NCBI GenBank assembly: GCA_964016885.1
Contig: OZ024749.1
Coordinates: forward strand, 29,512,001 to 29,576,000
DNA from: Eledone cirrhosa
Taxonomy: Eukaryota
DNA length: 64,000 bases
Direction: 5' to 3'
Part shown: positions 1 to 12,299 of the stretch, one piece after another
Numbering within the stretch: the first letter of the stretch is position 1
Layout: each line of letters begins with the position of its first letter
The notes under the pieces: generated by a model
Database searches by the model: none
Seen by the model: the letters and a program-made list of their open reading frames with translations, nothing else
Told to the model about the DNA's origin: nothing
Position numbers and translations under genes: made by a program

Positions 1-900
1 TATGTTTGTATGTATGTATATATATATATATGTTTGTATGTATGTATGTATATATATATATATGTTTGTATGTATGTATATATATATATATGTTTGTATG
101 TATGTATATATATATATATGTTTGTATGTATGTATATATATATATATATGTTTGTATGTATGTATATATATATATATGTTTGTATGTATGTATATATATA
201 TATATGTTTGTATGTATGTATATATATATATATGTTTGTATGTATGTATATATATATATATGTTTGTATGTATGTATATATATATATATGTTTGTATGTA
301 TGTATATATATATATATGTTTGTATGTATGTATATATATATATATGTTTGTATGTATGTATGTATATATATATATATGTTTGTATGTATATATATATATA
401 TGTTTGTATGTATGTATATATATATATGTTTGTATGTATGTATATATATATATGTTTGTATGTATGTATATATATATATATGTTTGTATGTATGTATATA
501 TATATATGTTTGTATGTATGTATATATATATATATGTTTGTATGTATGTATATATATATATATGTTTGTATGTATGTATATATATATATATGTTTGTATG
601 TATGTATATATATATATGTTTGTATGTATGTATATATATATATGTTTGTATGTATGTATATATATATATATATGTTTGTATGTATATATATATATGTTTG
701 TATGTATGTATGTATATATATATATATATGTTTGTATGTATGTATGTATATATATATATATATGTTTGTATGTATGTATATATATATATGTTTGTATGTA
801 TGTATATATATATATGTTTGTATGTATGTATATATATATATGTTTGTATGTATGTATATATATATATGTTTGTATGTATGTATGTATATATATATGTTTG

Positions 901-946
<46 letters not shown>

Positions 947-952
947 TGTATG

Positions 953-992
<40 letters not shown>

Positions 993-1187
993 TGTATGTA
1001 TATATATATGTATGTATATATATATATGTATGTATATATATATGTATGTATATATATATGTATGTATGTATATATATGTATGATATATATATATATGTAT
1101 GTATATATATATATGTATGTATATATATATGTATGTATATATATATGTGTATATATATATGTATATATATATATGTATGTATGTATG

Positions 1188-1220
<33 letters not shown>

Positions 1221-1277
1221 ATATATATGTATGTATGTATATATATATATGTATGTATGTATATATATATATGTATG

Positions 1278-1364
<87 letters not shown>

Positions 1365-1616
1365 GTATGTGTATGTATATGTATGTGTATGTATATATAT
1401 GTATGTATATATATGTTTGTATGTATATGTTTGTAAATGTATGTATATGTATATATATGTTTGTAAATGTATGTATATGTATATATATGTTTGTAAATGT
1501 ATGTATATGTATATATATGTTTGTAAATGTATGTATATATATATATATATATGTGTATATATGTATATGTATGTGTGTGTGTATATATAAATAAATATAT
1601 ATATATATATATATAT
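1..1616. repeat. Compound (TA)n/(TATG)n microsatellite with a ~20-24 bp higher-order unit (TATGTTTGTATGTATG(TA)n)
   Basis: Directly visible; the long ORFs here are MYVCIY low-complexity artefacts. Confidence 0.97.
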
Positions 1617-4424
1617 AGGACAGTTTCTAATGTTAGAATCTGGAATTTACACCACCACCCAGCCCCAGATAATTAGCATTAAGAAACGGGGGAAGGCTCT
1701 ATTGTTTAAGAGCATTAGGGTGCTGATTAGCTAATTAACGACCATTAAATATTTGAAATATATTTATTTAGATGAATTAAATATTAGCTTTGTTTTTAAG
1801 TTCAATGATATTTTGGTAACAAGACATTTTCCTCTCTTCTAGAATAATCTATCTTATTTTTTTGTTTTGTTTCCAAAATAATCTCATTCCCAAGTGAAAT
1901 GACTTGATTTTATTTTTGCTGTTTTTTTTTTTGTTTGTTTGTTTTGTTGAATGAAAGAAAATAAAATTGATGTCAAATGTTAAAACTAAGATATTGACAG
2001 CACATAACATTTATGTACAAATATATAAAACATTATCAAATTGAACAGTGTTTATTGCGTATTACCATAGAAATCTTTTGGGCTTTGGTTGGCTGGTTGT
2101 TAGTTTCTCACCTCACATAAATTGCTTTTAGTTGACCTTTTTCACCGTTTTGTGTCTGGTAGGTGTGACGGTCATATAGTATTATCCATGGAAACATTGT
2201 TTTCTTCTCTTCTACCAGTTGTGACAATTAGATAGTATCAGCAATTGAAAGACCAATGGGAACATCGTTTCCTTCATATGATCTCATGATTGGCTCCTTT
2301 CTTCTGCTAGGTTCTGTAACAGGCAGATAGTATCAACAATGGAAACATTGTTTTTGTCTGGTGTGATCTGATGATCAGCTCTTTTCTTCAGCCAGGAATT
2401 GTGACTGACAGATAGTATCAGCAATGGAAAGACTAATGGAAACATTGTCAGATCAGACCAAGGAAACAATCAACTCCTCTCTTCTGTCAGGAATTGGGAC
2501 TGACAGATAGTATCAGTAATGGAAACCTGTTTCTTTAATATGATCTGACGATCAGCTCCTTGCCTTTTTTGGGGAGTTGAAACCCAACAGATAATGTCAA
2601 CAATGGCAAGATCAATGGAAACCATGTTTCTTTGATCTGATCTGATGATTAGCTCCTTTATTCTGTGACTGACAGTATCAGTAATGGAAAGATCAATGGA
2701 ACCATTGTTTCTTTGATCTGATCTGCGATCAGCTCCCTTTTTTTTTTTTCTTACCAGTTGTAGCTACTGTTGCAGTAGGTCAGTTGTGTGATGATGATGA
2801 TTTACTAACTATTAAACATTTTAATCACTTCACCATTGTTAATCTTTCTACCATATATCAGTTCTTCATTATTTTCTCTCAATAGTTAACTTCTTTGTCA
2901 AATGAACACACACAAGAGTTATCTTCCTTTGTTATTAAACAGAGACATGAGTTGTCTGTTTTGTATATTGAACATACACACACGAGTTATCTTTCTTGTG
3001 TATTGAACACATAAACAGACGTAAAATGATGATATATATTGTTAAACTTAAGGAGGGTCATGCAAAAAAAACAAAACAAAAAAAAAAACAAACTACCCTA
3101 GTTGAGTTTCACTTCAATTTCAGAGACTATGAAAATTACCATCTTAATAGCGGACTTAGTAAGTGATAAAGAAAATGTCCTGCATGTGTGATCCGGAAGA
3201 ATTATTAGAGAGACACATACAGCACTTCATCCACAGCCTCCAGATCTAACCAAAGTGATGGGATCAGGGTATACAAAGGAGCCAGGGCAAAATTGAAAAC
3301 TATCATAGAAAATGTGAATAGAGAATGTCTGGTGTATAGGAGTATGTCACATGTATAGGAAGATGACGCGTATAGGAGTATAAACCTATATATAGGATGA
3401 CGTGTAGCAGGATGCCAAATATGTAGGAGTATACCCCATGTGTAGGAGCAAATCATGGGACAGGCTAGAGAAGATTAGGAAGAATGTAGATAAGGTCAAC
3501 TAGTGGTACAACAACAAAAAATACCTGAATGTGATGATCTATGCTCCCCCCCCCCCCCCCCCCCCCCCCCAGAGGTGAACTAGCTTATAGACTTGGAAGG
3601 GCTTTAGATAAAATTAGAAGTAAATTAAGATAGTAGAAAAACCAGGAATTCTCATGGAAGCCCTGATCAGCAGAACTTATCATTTTATTAAAACCCCCTG
3701 TACTGATAGAAATTGTATTGTCTGTCAGGTAAGCCCACAGATAATCTGTAATGCTAGAAATATGGTTTATAGTATAAGGGGCACAGAGGGAGGATGTAGA
3801 AATATGGCCATGACATATATATATATATATAGGAGGAACAGCTCATAGTATAGGAGAAAGGTTGAAGGGGCTTTGGTGAGACAAGACAAGAAAAATTCAT
3901 CAGTGCTCTACTGATTAACATACCAAACTAGAACATGGTGTCTCATTAGAAACCATTGAGATAAAAATTATATCTACACACTGAACATATGCAATGCTTA
4001 GACAGATTAAGGTAGCTACACCATATAACAAAGTAAACCTACCCTCAATAGGAAACATGAATGGAATAACAACCTCACGTCCTCGCGACTGATGACAACA
4101 TAGTTTAGTTAATACAAAGAATTGTGAGATATGTAATAAAAAAACTAAGTTTTAGAAAGCTGGTACACTGGTTGAAATATATAAAAGGGAAAGGATGACA
4201 AAACAAAAAGTAATATTTTACCCAGTATATTTTAACATATTTCAGAGCTAATACCCTCCGTTCAATATGTTGAAATATACTGGGTAAAACATTACTTTTT
4301 GTTTCATTTGTCATGCTTTGCCCTTTCTATATTTCTACTGCATTATATCAGCTTTTTGAAACTCATCAGTCATGGATGGCAATATATATATATTTTTTCA
4401 AAGTCTCCTGCAATATTTAGTAAT

Positions 4425-4750
4425 ATGTGACTAAGCTGAAAGATTCATAAGGTGACCAAGATACTCTATGGAATGACCAAATGAGGTTTATTTTTCAACA
4501 TAGTCCCCAGAAATGCAGTTATTAATATGAAGATTTGAAATTAATGCAAGATTTCATAGCTCGAGCATCACTCCTTCATAGGGCTGACCATGATATTCTC
4601 ATGGAATGAACAAATGAGGTTTATTTTGCATTCCCTGGAAAGAAACAATGCAGTAATGAATAAGAAGAGTTGAAATTAATGCATTCAAGATTTCACAGCT
4701 CTAGAATCAATCCTTTATAGTCAGCCTATGAACTTTTCAGCTGAGTTGGT
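4425..4750. mobile_element. Degenerate mariner-like MITE remnant
   Basis: GCTGAAAGATTCATAAGGTGACC at the left is roughly the inverse of TCAGCCTATGAACTTTTCAGC at the right; there is an internal duplicated ~120-bp block. Family assignment is from recalled similarity. Confidence 0.45.
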
Positions 4751-4806
4751 CAATTTTATAAAAATAATAAAAAAAATAGGATATTTAAAAGAAAAAAAAA
4801 AAGAAT

Positions 4807-4812
4807 TTTATT
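4807..4812 (-). other. Candidate polyadenylation signal (AATAAA) for the TMEM14 gene
   Basis: First AATAAA on the minus strand, ~115 nt after the stop codon; other AATAAA hexamers lie further downstream. Confidence 0.35.
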
Positions 4813-4926
4813 GGCATTAAGTAGAGAAATAATTAAACTCAGCTAATGAAGGACTTTGTTACCCCCCCCCCCTCTCTTTTTCTGGAGAACTGTTCCCATT
4901 ATTTTGTTTTTCTTGGTACCAAACTT

Positions 4927-4975
4927 TCAAGTCTTCATAATAAGAACCATACCATTTCGAATTGAAACAAGTGCA
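4927..4975 (-). CDS. TMEM14: TMEM14-family protein, coding exon 4 (SALVSIRNGMVLIMKT*)
   Basis: Acceptor ctattttattttcAG at 4976-4978; phase matches exon 3 (AG|T = Ser); ends in TGA at 4927-4929. Confidence 0.85.
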
Positions 4976-5512
4976 CTGAAAATAAAATAGAAAAATCTTT
5001 GAGTTTCATTTATTTATAAACAACTGAGTTAACAGAATCAGTCAACAGGGGGAAGAGAAAGGACTCTTTAGTCTTGTCAAGACTCTTTAGAATGTGACAA
5101 CCTCTCTAGTGCACCCAGTACACCCTGTAGAGTGGTAGTGTTGGTGCCATTACAAAATGCATTCAGTACACTCTGTAAATTGGACAATGGAGTTGTATCA
5201 CATAGGCAGTTTTTTGGGTGCTTTAATAAAGGTCCCAGTTCTATCATGTTGGTACAGCTCATACCTTTGTAGGTTTAGGTGGCCTTTTACGAAGTTGCAT
5301 CTCCCAAGCAGTTTGTTGGGTCTTAAAATGATAGGGGTCTGTCCCATCCCTGAATCAGCAAAATGAAATGAAATGTCTTGCTCAAGAACACACTGTTACT
5401 CAGATTCAGTTATCAAACACACAACCTTATGATCATGGAGTCCAACACACTAACCACTTGACCATGTAGCTTCTTCACCAGTTTGTTGATAAATAATAGT
5501 AAAATAATGTAC

Positions 5513-5600
5513 CTAACAGCTGCTATAACACCAGCAGGCACAACTTTTCTTGTCATCACAAAACGATAACCCATTAATCCTGTCATGAAACTGCTGACAC
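5513..5600 (-). CDS. TMEM14: TMEM14-family protein, coding exon 3 (CVSSFMTGLMGYRFVMTRKVVPAGVIAAV)
   Basis: ttccctacAG acceptor and GTAC donor; contains the family motif MGxRFxxxxKxxPAG; phase continuous with exons 2 and 4. Confidence 0.93.
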
Positions 5601-5954
5601 CTGTAGGGAAAATAAAGAAAAGAAATAAAATTACAAATTTCCATTTGTTTATTCAGGGGCAGTGGGACAGGAGGGAGCCAGGGACCCTTCAATAATTATA
5701 TTTTCCCCCAAACTACCAAAATACACATCTATTTGTATATATACCCTACAATTTATGTACATGTCATGTTTATCGTATATCAAATCACTACAACTAAATT
5801 GACGAAATTTGGCCACCCCCGCCATTCAGAAATGCTTCCACCGTTCCTGTTATTTGACTAACCACCTCTGGTTCTATGTTACAAATTTCCCATTGGTTCT
5901 ATGATATAAATCTGTTTGTTTTAAAGTGTTTATACTGTATTTATAGACGACCAA

Positions 5955-6095
5955 TTGGCAGAGTCATTAGAACGTCAGAATGTTTTGCAGTATTTGTCCC
6001 AGTGATCTTCTCTGAGTTCAAATCCTGCTGAGGTCAATTTTACCTTTCACCTATTCGAGGTTGATAAAAAAAAGTAAGTCTAATATTGGGGTTGA
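5955..6095 (+). mobile_element. tRNA-derived SINE with Nin-like core
   Basis: TGGCAGAGTCATTAG A-box-like and GAGTTCAAATCC B-box, then GAGGTCAATTTTACCTTTCACCTATTCGAGGTTGATAAAA. Homologous copies at ~9950-10115(-), 14635-14780(+), 15425-15590(-), 46500-46985(-, two copies), 52380-52900(-) and 63000-63300(-). Confidence 0.8.
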
Positions 6096-6332
6096 TTCTT
6101 TATCACTTGCTGTCCTTCTCTGGAAGAAATATACTATATTCAGATCTGGAGAGGAGATGGGCTCTGCTAGGCTTAAAATGCCCAAGAAATGTTGTATGTC
6201 AATAGCACCCCCTATGACTCCCTTGGGTCCATACATACATACTGTATTTATCTAAAAACTGTCCATCATAATTCCATTCAAGAACCTTTATAGTCCATAC
6301 ACCATATAGTATAAATAACGAGAAAGTTTGTT

Positions 6333-6374
<42 letters not shown>

Positions 6375-6375
<1 letters not shown>

Positions 6376-6570
6376 GGAAAAGAGTCAGGACCCCGACGGC
6401 TGAGCTCCAGTTGTTTTGACAGCTAGATCCAAACTAGCGTTCAGATCTAGTTGTCGAAACAACCAGAGCTCAGCTGTCGGGGTCCTGACTATTTTCCTAT
6501 TACCCACTACTACCTTAAGTATCGAGTAGTCTGGTGTGTTATGGTCCACCTGGTTTCTTACCACACTTTC
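6375..6570 (+). mobile_element. (TA)n-inserted fold-back element (family also at ~29140-29530, 32543-32716, 46020-46140, 49885-49945)
   Basis: Hairpin GGACCCCGACGGCTGAGCTC...GAGCTCAGCTGTCGGGGTCC plus a shared tail ending CCACACTTCCTTCGTT-(TA)n. Confidence 0.75.
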
Positions 6571-6589
6571 TTTGCTATATATATAATTA

Positions 6590-7585
6590 TAATAAAATAA
6601 CTGGAGGCTGGACAAGTGTAAATCCTTGAAAGGTTTCTTATGATCATCTCAATGACCGCTATATAGTACCTTTAAATTCTAGGTTTAAACTATTAGCTGT
6701 ATCATGCCTCCCTCTTTTGGCACGTAAACAAATCTCCCTCCTGTGTGAATTAATAGTATTTGTTTGGTATAGCGATGGCCTAACGGCAATGGCAGACTTC
6801 CCGCTAGCACACCCGAAGCCTAAGACAGACACATTCCTAGAGCACTCGGAAAAATTAATTTCCATCTCTTTCGCTAGACGATATAACTCGGAATGGCTGA
6901 CACGTGGTTGGGAAGGGCTGGCCGGAGTCTGCAGTTGTCGCGTGTTATTGACTGCTAAACAAGGGCTTAATCTTTACTCTATATCCCACCCTGAAAAATT
7001 ATCGAGAATCTCTATAATACACTTAAACTTTTTCACATAAGACTCTCTCTGTAAATTCTTAAACTTTTTTTAATTTTTTAATTCTTTAATTTCATCCTAT
7101 AACTCTAAACATAAGTTTAACATTCCAATTTTCTGTTCACACATTATACCATACAGACGCCCACTATATGCCTCTGTTAAGATATAGGTTCTTTGGAAAA
7201 ACATTTTTCGCGGCAATTTCTAGCCTGATTGTAGCGTGACCTTAATGCTGACTTTTCTTCTTTCTTTCTTTCTTCTTTTTTCTCTTTGACTGGGAGATAG
7301 TAGTACATTATAAGCTTTCGCCCCCTCACCAGATGGTCATAAGTAGACCGAATAGCCAACACTTGAGGGCGACCGACTAAAGTAGAAGATGCTAGATGGT
7401 CGGTCGTCCTCTTGTTTATGATTTTCAGCCCCATGGATTCTATCTGTTATATTCCTTTGTTATATTTCGAATACCTGATGATATCAGCGGATTCATACGG
7501 AACCCAGTCATTGAAATGATCATAGTATAATAAACCTTTCAAGGATTTACACCAGTCCAGCCTCCTGTTATTTTATTATAATAAT
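6590..7585 (+). mobile_element. Penelope-like non-autonomous element with partial inverted termini, in TMEM14 intron 2
   Basis: 6590-6657 is the reverse complement of ~7506-7582; hammerhead motif at 7471-7528; the same terminal family occurs at 50165-50455. Confidence 0.6.
7471..7528 (+). ncRNA. Minimal type I hammerhead ribozyme motif
   Basis: ATAC-CTGATGA-stem II-GAAA-TGATCA(palindrome)-TA^GTAT; stem I ATAC/GTAT; followed by AATAAA. Confidence 0.6.
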
Positions 7586-7729
7586 TAACTCGCACCACCA
7601 ACTACACAAACGAAGACGGGCGAGCTGTATTACGTTGAGTACTCTCCATAATATTACATTGAGATTGACCATACGGACTGACCAACTCTATCCAGTGGTG
7701 AACCAACAAACCTAAATAAATATATATAT

Positions 7730-7978
7730 GTATATATAAAAACAAAAATGTCTGTCTGTCTGCAGGCGATGCTTTTCCACAGTTTCCATTCGGTTTTGTT
7801 CAAATTTGATACATAGGTTATTTAGCTCCTGGAGCATATCAACATAGTTTAAATCTTTCTCTCCTCTAAAATAGCAGAGTTCTGGGGCTATTTAAAGACA
7901 GCTGTGTTGAGGAGAGAGGGTTTTTTTTAATTTACAGTGGCGAAAGGTGTGTCCGGCAACGATGGGCTCCTTTGCTAG
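7730..7978 (+). mobile_element. Non-autonomous Helitron-like element
   Basis: 5' ATATAAAAACAAAAATGTCTGTCTGTCTG; 3' GC-rich subterminal hairpin remnant (CCGGCAACGATGGG) followed by CTAG|T. Confidence 0.55.
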
Positions 7979-8433
7979 TTACTAAATAACCTTGAAATTA
8001 TTGATTATTGTCAAAATTATTAGAAAATCAGTCAGTGTTTTTCACTAAAATATGGCAATTAATAAGTTATGTTCCAAACACCAGTTTAACAATGAGAAAG
8101 TTGTTATATTACTAAATATCTCCAAATTGTTGATTATTTTCAAAATTATTTGTCTTATCAGACCCACGTTAGTATATATAAAAACACCAAAGAAAAAAAA
8201 TGAATCCTATAAAAGTTAGTGGTGGTGATGGTATGACGAGAAAGGTGATGATGATGACTAATAAAAATGATGGTGGTGGTGATATGATGACATTAATAAT
8301 GGTGGTGAAGGTAGTGATGATGGCGAGGATGGTAATGTTGGGGATGAGATGAGAATGGTGGTGGTGATGAATGGTAATACTGGTGATGACGATTTTGATG
8401 AGAAAGAAAAGAAATAAATGTTGATATGTTTAC

Positions 8434-8535
8434 ATAGACTAAGTCCAGCATCCCTGTGGTCATTTGACATCTGATAAGCACCATATCCTGCCAATGATCC
8501 AGTACTGACTCCAGCTACCAAAGATATGGCACTGC
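8434..8535 (-). CDS. TMEM14: TMEM14-family protein, coding exon 2 (GSAISLVAGVSTGSLAGYGAYQMSNDHRDAGLSL)
   Basis: ttttccAG acceptor and GTAAAC donor; GSxxSLxAG...GxLAGYGAYQxS matches TMEM14C-type proteins; lies inside track ORF 8258..8611. Confidence 0.95.
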
Positions 8536-10119
8536 CTGGAAAACCAAGAAGAAAAAGCATTATAAATAAAAGTATATAAATCATGAGCAAACTGTGGCCT
8601 GTTTTGCCCATCCCCCCAATTTCAAAACTGCATTGAATTTCTTAGTAGTGGCCCACTTTATGATGAACAACATCCTATGCAGACCACCACTACTCAAAAA
8701 AGGTATCCTATACCTGGTTTAAGCCAACTTGGGTAGCCACATAGCACTCAAACCTCAGACAGGGGCATTACAGATATACATAGTACTAATTTTACCATTT
8801 AGACCAACTAAGAAAACTACAAAGTACTCAGACCTCAAATTACAGACATTTAGTCCAGACCCGGGCAAACTGCAGTCTGTGAGCCACACGTGACTTACTA
8901 TCATAATGTTGTGGGTTCAATTTCTGGACTGGGTTGTGTGTTGTGTTCTTCAGCACAACACTTCATTTCAAGTTGCTCCAGTATACTCAGCTGAAAATGA
9001 GTACCAGTTGCAATAGCTGGGAGTTTAACTCTGTGATGGACTGGCAAGTCTTCTACTTGCAGTCTCTTAACACTACGGGACCGGTGATAACTAATAGCCC
9101 GATGAGCCTCTGGGCTTGAGATGGACCGATGTCTTGTCTAGGAAGGAGTTTTGTACTCTCAGTTGCTTCACACCATGAAACTGGAATAAACACTGGCCTG
9201 GTGAGCTTCCTGGCTCAAGACAGACTTTAGATTCATTAGATTGAGGTCATGCCAGGACAACACTTTCAATGAATTTAAAAGATCATATTAACTCCTGCAC
9301 ATATTTCTTTTCAAGCCTGGTGCTTGAAGGTATTTTAAGAATCTCACCACAGGATTACACTCATCACAACTGTTCACATAAATATACACACATTTTCCCT
9401 TGTTTTTCTGACTTTTTCAACTGGGACCATTGAAACTTTTTAAAGTGATTCAACACTGATTAGCTCAACAAAATGGTCTCTAATTTAGTGAATTATTTCC
9501 TGGGCAATGCCAGGTAGCTGTCTAGTATATTATGAACAAACCTTGCCGTTATATATAATATATTATAATGAGCCTTGTTATATATAACATTATAACAAGC
9601 CTTGTTATAATATATTATATTAGTGTACTGGGTAATTGCTGGCCTTGTGCCTAAAGTAGAAACAATTATATTAGAGCAAGTCATTTTTTTAATATATTAT
9701 AAACAAACCTTATTATAACATAACAGTCTTGTTATAATGTATAATTTATGTAGTAAATGACAGATAAGTTGTTTTAAAAGCCAGTACAATGCGGTAGAAA
9801 ATAAGAAGGGCAAATGAAACAAAACAAAGTATTATGGCATAATATAACAATTATATTATATTATAGCAAGCCTTGCTGTTATACAAATCATAACAAGCTT
9901 TATTGTTATATAACATATATTAAAACAAGGCTTAATGTTATATATAATTGTTTCTACTTTTAGCACAAGGCCAGCAATTATCCCAGTGCATTACTGGGAC
10001 CCCCGTAAGGATGAAAGGCAAAGTTAACCTCGACAGGATTTGAACACAGACCGCAAAGGGCCTCAACTCTATGCTGCAAAGCATAGCGTCAGACCCTCTA
10101 CCGATACTGCCAATAACAA

Positions 10120-10395
10120 GCATTCAGAATTGCTGAAGCATGGAACAAACTACCTGCATCAGTTGTTAGCTGTCGGGACACTGCATCCTTTAAAACTTCC
10201 ATGCTCCCTGAAATTGGCCAACACTACACCTGATATTCCCCCTCTATACATACGCACACATGTGTGTATGACTATATCATGACTCATACACTGTTTACTT
10301 TGCTGGCTTTTGTACATTACTCTCTGTACTATACATGCACCTTTGATGAGTTGTAGTGCACCTGAATACTGTACACAATAATTTTTATTATATTA
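10120..10395 (+). mobile_element. CR1-type LINE 3' fragment
   Basis: Encodes FRIAEAWNKLPASVV (CR1 ORF2 C-terminus) plus 3' UTR; homologous to 15722-16035 in the opposite orientation; another piece at ~10588-10650. Confidence 0.8.
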
Positions 10396-11924
10396 TATCA
10401 TATGATAACAAGCCTTGCTGTTATATATAATATATTATAACAAACCTTACTGTTATATAATATATTAAAACACTTTATTAGATTATATTTTTTGCAACTT
10501 TAAGCTCTTAACCGATGTACTTACATTAATCCAATTGGTTAAATTATCTCCCTTAGTCCACTTCAGCTAAATTATACACCACCTCTAGTTTGTTCCATAC
10601 TTCAGCAACTCTGAGCGCGAAAAAACGTTTCCGAAAGGCATGCGAGCTGTACTGATTTAATCCGATTAACCGCTACCCCACGTATTCTGTGTTTTAGAGG
10701 GTAACGTTAACATTGCTTGTTGTAGCGTATTTTTAGGGAACGTGTGTCTTCTGTTTTAGAAGGAAGCACCAACATTGTTTAGTAAAGAAACTATCCTCAT
10801 TTGCTAACACAGTTTTCAATTTTCTCATTTAGAAAACAAAATAATTTATACTGTGGTGATTGTTACATAATTGACTTTGCTTTTATATCGGGACCAACGT
10901 TAAATAATTAAATAATTATGTTAACACTTCACATTAGGAATCACATATTTTGTTTATGCAAAGAATGACTATTTCTTTGAACCAAATAGAAATAGAGGTT
11001 AAATTGCTACAAGAGACGGGGCGGCGACCTGGTTTCGAATCTTAATTATCGCCATTTTGATCTAATTAAGGTGGATGGTGATAACATACACATTATATAC
11101 TTCACCGAACACGTTAAAATATATTTACACACTTAATAGCGGTTATTATGCACGAGACTAACGTTTATCGAAACAAACAAACACACATAGACACAAAATA
11201 CGAGAAACAAAACAAAAACAATAACCGGAGAAATGAATAATGGTTCATATTAACAACAATTAATGACTTTGGTTGCAAAATAAAATTAATTTGTGTCTGG
11301 TGAGGAAATGTTGAGACTTTGATGTTTTGAAACCCAAGGACTTCTCTCTTTAACCACGGTTCACATGGATTATAGAGCTAATTCAAACATGTTAACAGTT
11401 AAAACAACGGGATTATGAACCTAAACAAAAGTAGTTTATGCCGAGTTGTTTAATTGAGTAAAACTATCGAAAACACATACACTACTTTATTATTTTCTTT
11501 ACGAACTAAAAGATGTCCTCGTTATTCTAGGAGAGGTGATAAAGCAACACAGCGTTCACACATCACCAAACATTAGCGAAAACGAATAATGAATATATAT
11601 ATATTTTCTAATACAGATAATATATATGCCAGAAAGAAAAAAAAAAAAAGAGGACTCATGCACATTGTAAATGTATTTCTATTACAACATTGTATGTATA
11701 TAAATCGCCTTGTTGAGGTAATTTATTGGTGGGCGGTATTTGACTGAAAACATTCTATGGTGAATGAGCAGGTCAATGTAAAACAAAAATATCGCAAGTA
11801 AATCAATCGAGAAAAAAACAATTTAAGCAGGCGAAGATTTCACAATCGGGGATACTTGACTTTGCTTTCTAGACATGTTTTGAGGCCAAGCCACATGGAC
11901 AATGTGGATATTAGAGACTCTTAC

Positions 11925-12000
11925 CAGACTTCACATAGCCCATGATACCACCTAGCACCAGGGTGGCCGAATAAGCGGCTCCAATATAGTCAATCGGCAT
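11925..12000 (-). CDS. TMEM14: TMEM14-family protein, coding exon 1 (MPIDYIGAAYSATLVLGGIMGYVKS)
   Basis: ATG at 11998-12000 and GTAAG donor at 11924; DxxGxxYxxxxxxGGIMGYVKxG is the TMEM14 N-terminal motif. Exons of 76+102+88+49 = 315 nt give 104 aa plus stop. Confidence 0.95.
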
Positions 12001-12299
12001 TATGTAGATTGATATAAACAAGGTGTTTAATATTTATTTATTTATTTTAAAGGGAGCAAACTCTCATCGCTTTTTTTTCTTTCTTAACTTTATTACTAAA
12101 GATCAATTTAAAAAAAAACTTTCGTTACCATATTTTAAATGAAAGACACAATCTATGATTTTGAAATAATTTTTATTTAAATAATCAAGAATTTGTAGGG
12201 ATTTATTAAAACAACTAACTTTATCGTTATTAAGATGGTGTTTGAAATATAAACTTAACAAAGATTCTTATATAAAATGATGATGGAAAACTTTTAGAT

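Noticed and set aside
2-1594. ORFs of 357-530 aa, and the many [16 protein letters not shown] ORFs elsewhere
   Set aside because: Translations of di- and tetranucleotide microsatellites that lack stop codons.
2365-2460. CTGATGA...GAAACATTGTC apparent hammerhead in the degenerate tandem repeat
   Set aside because: No stem II closing the core, and the only stem I pairing overlaps the core itself.
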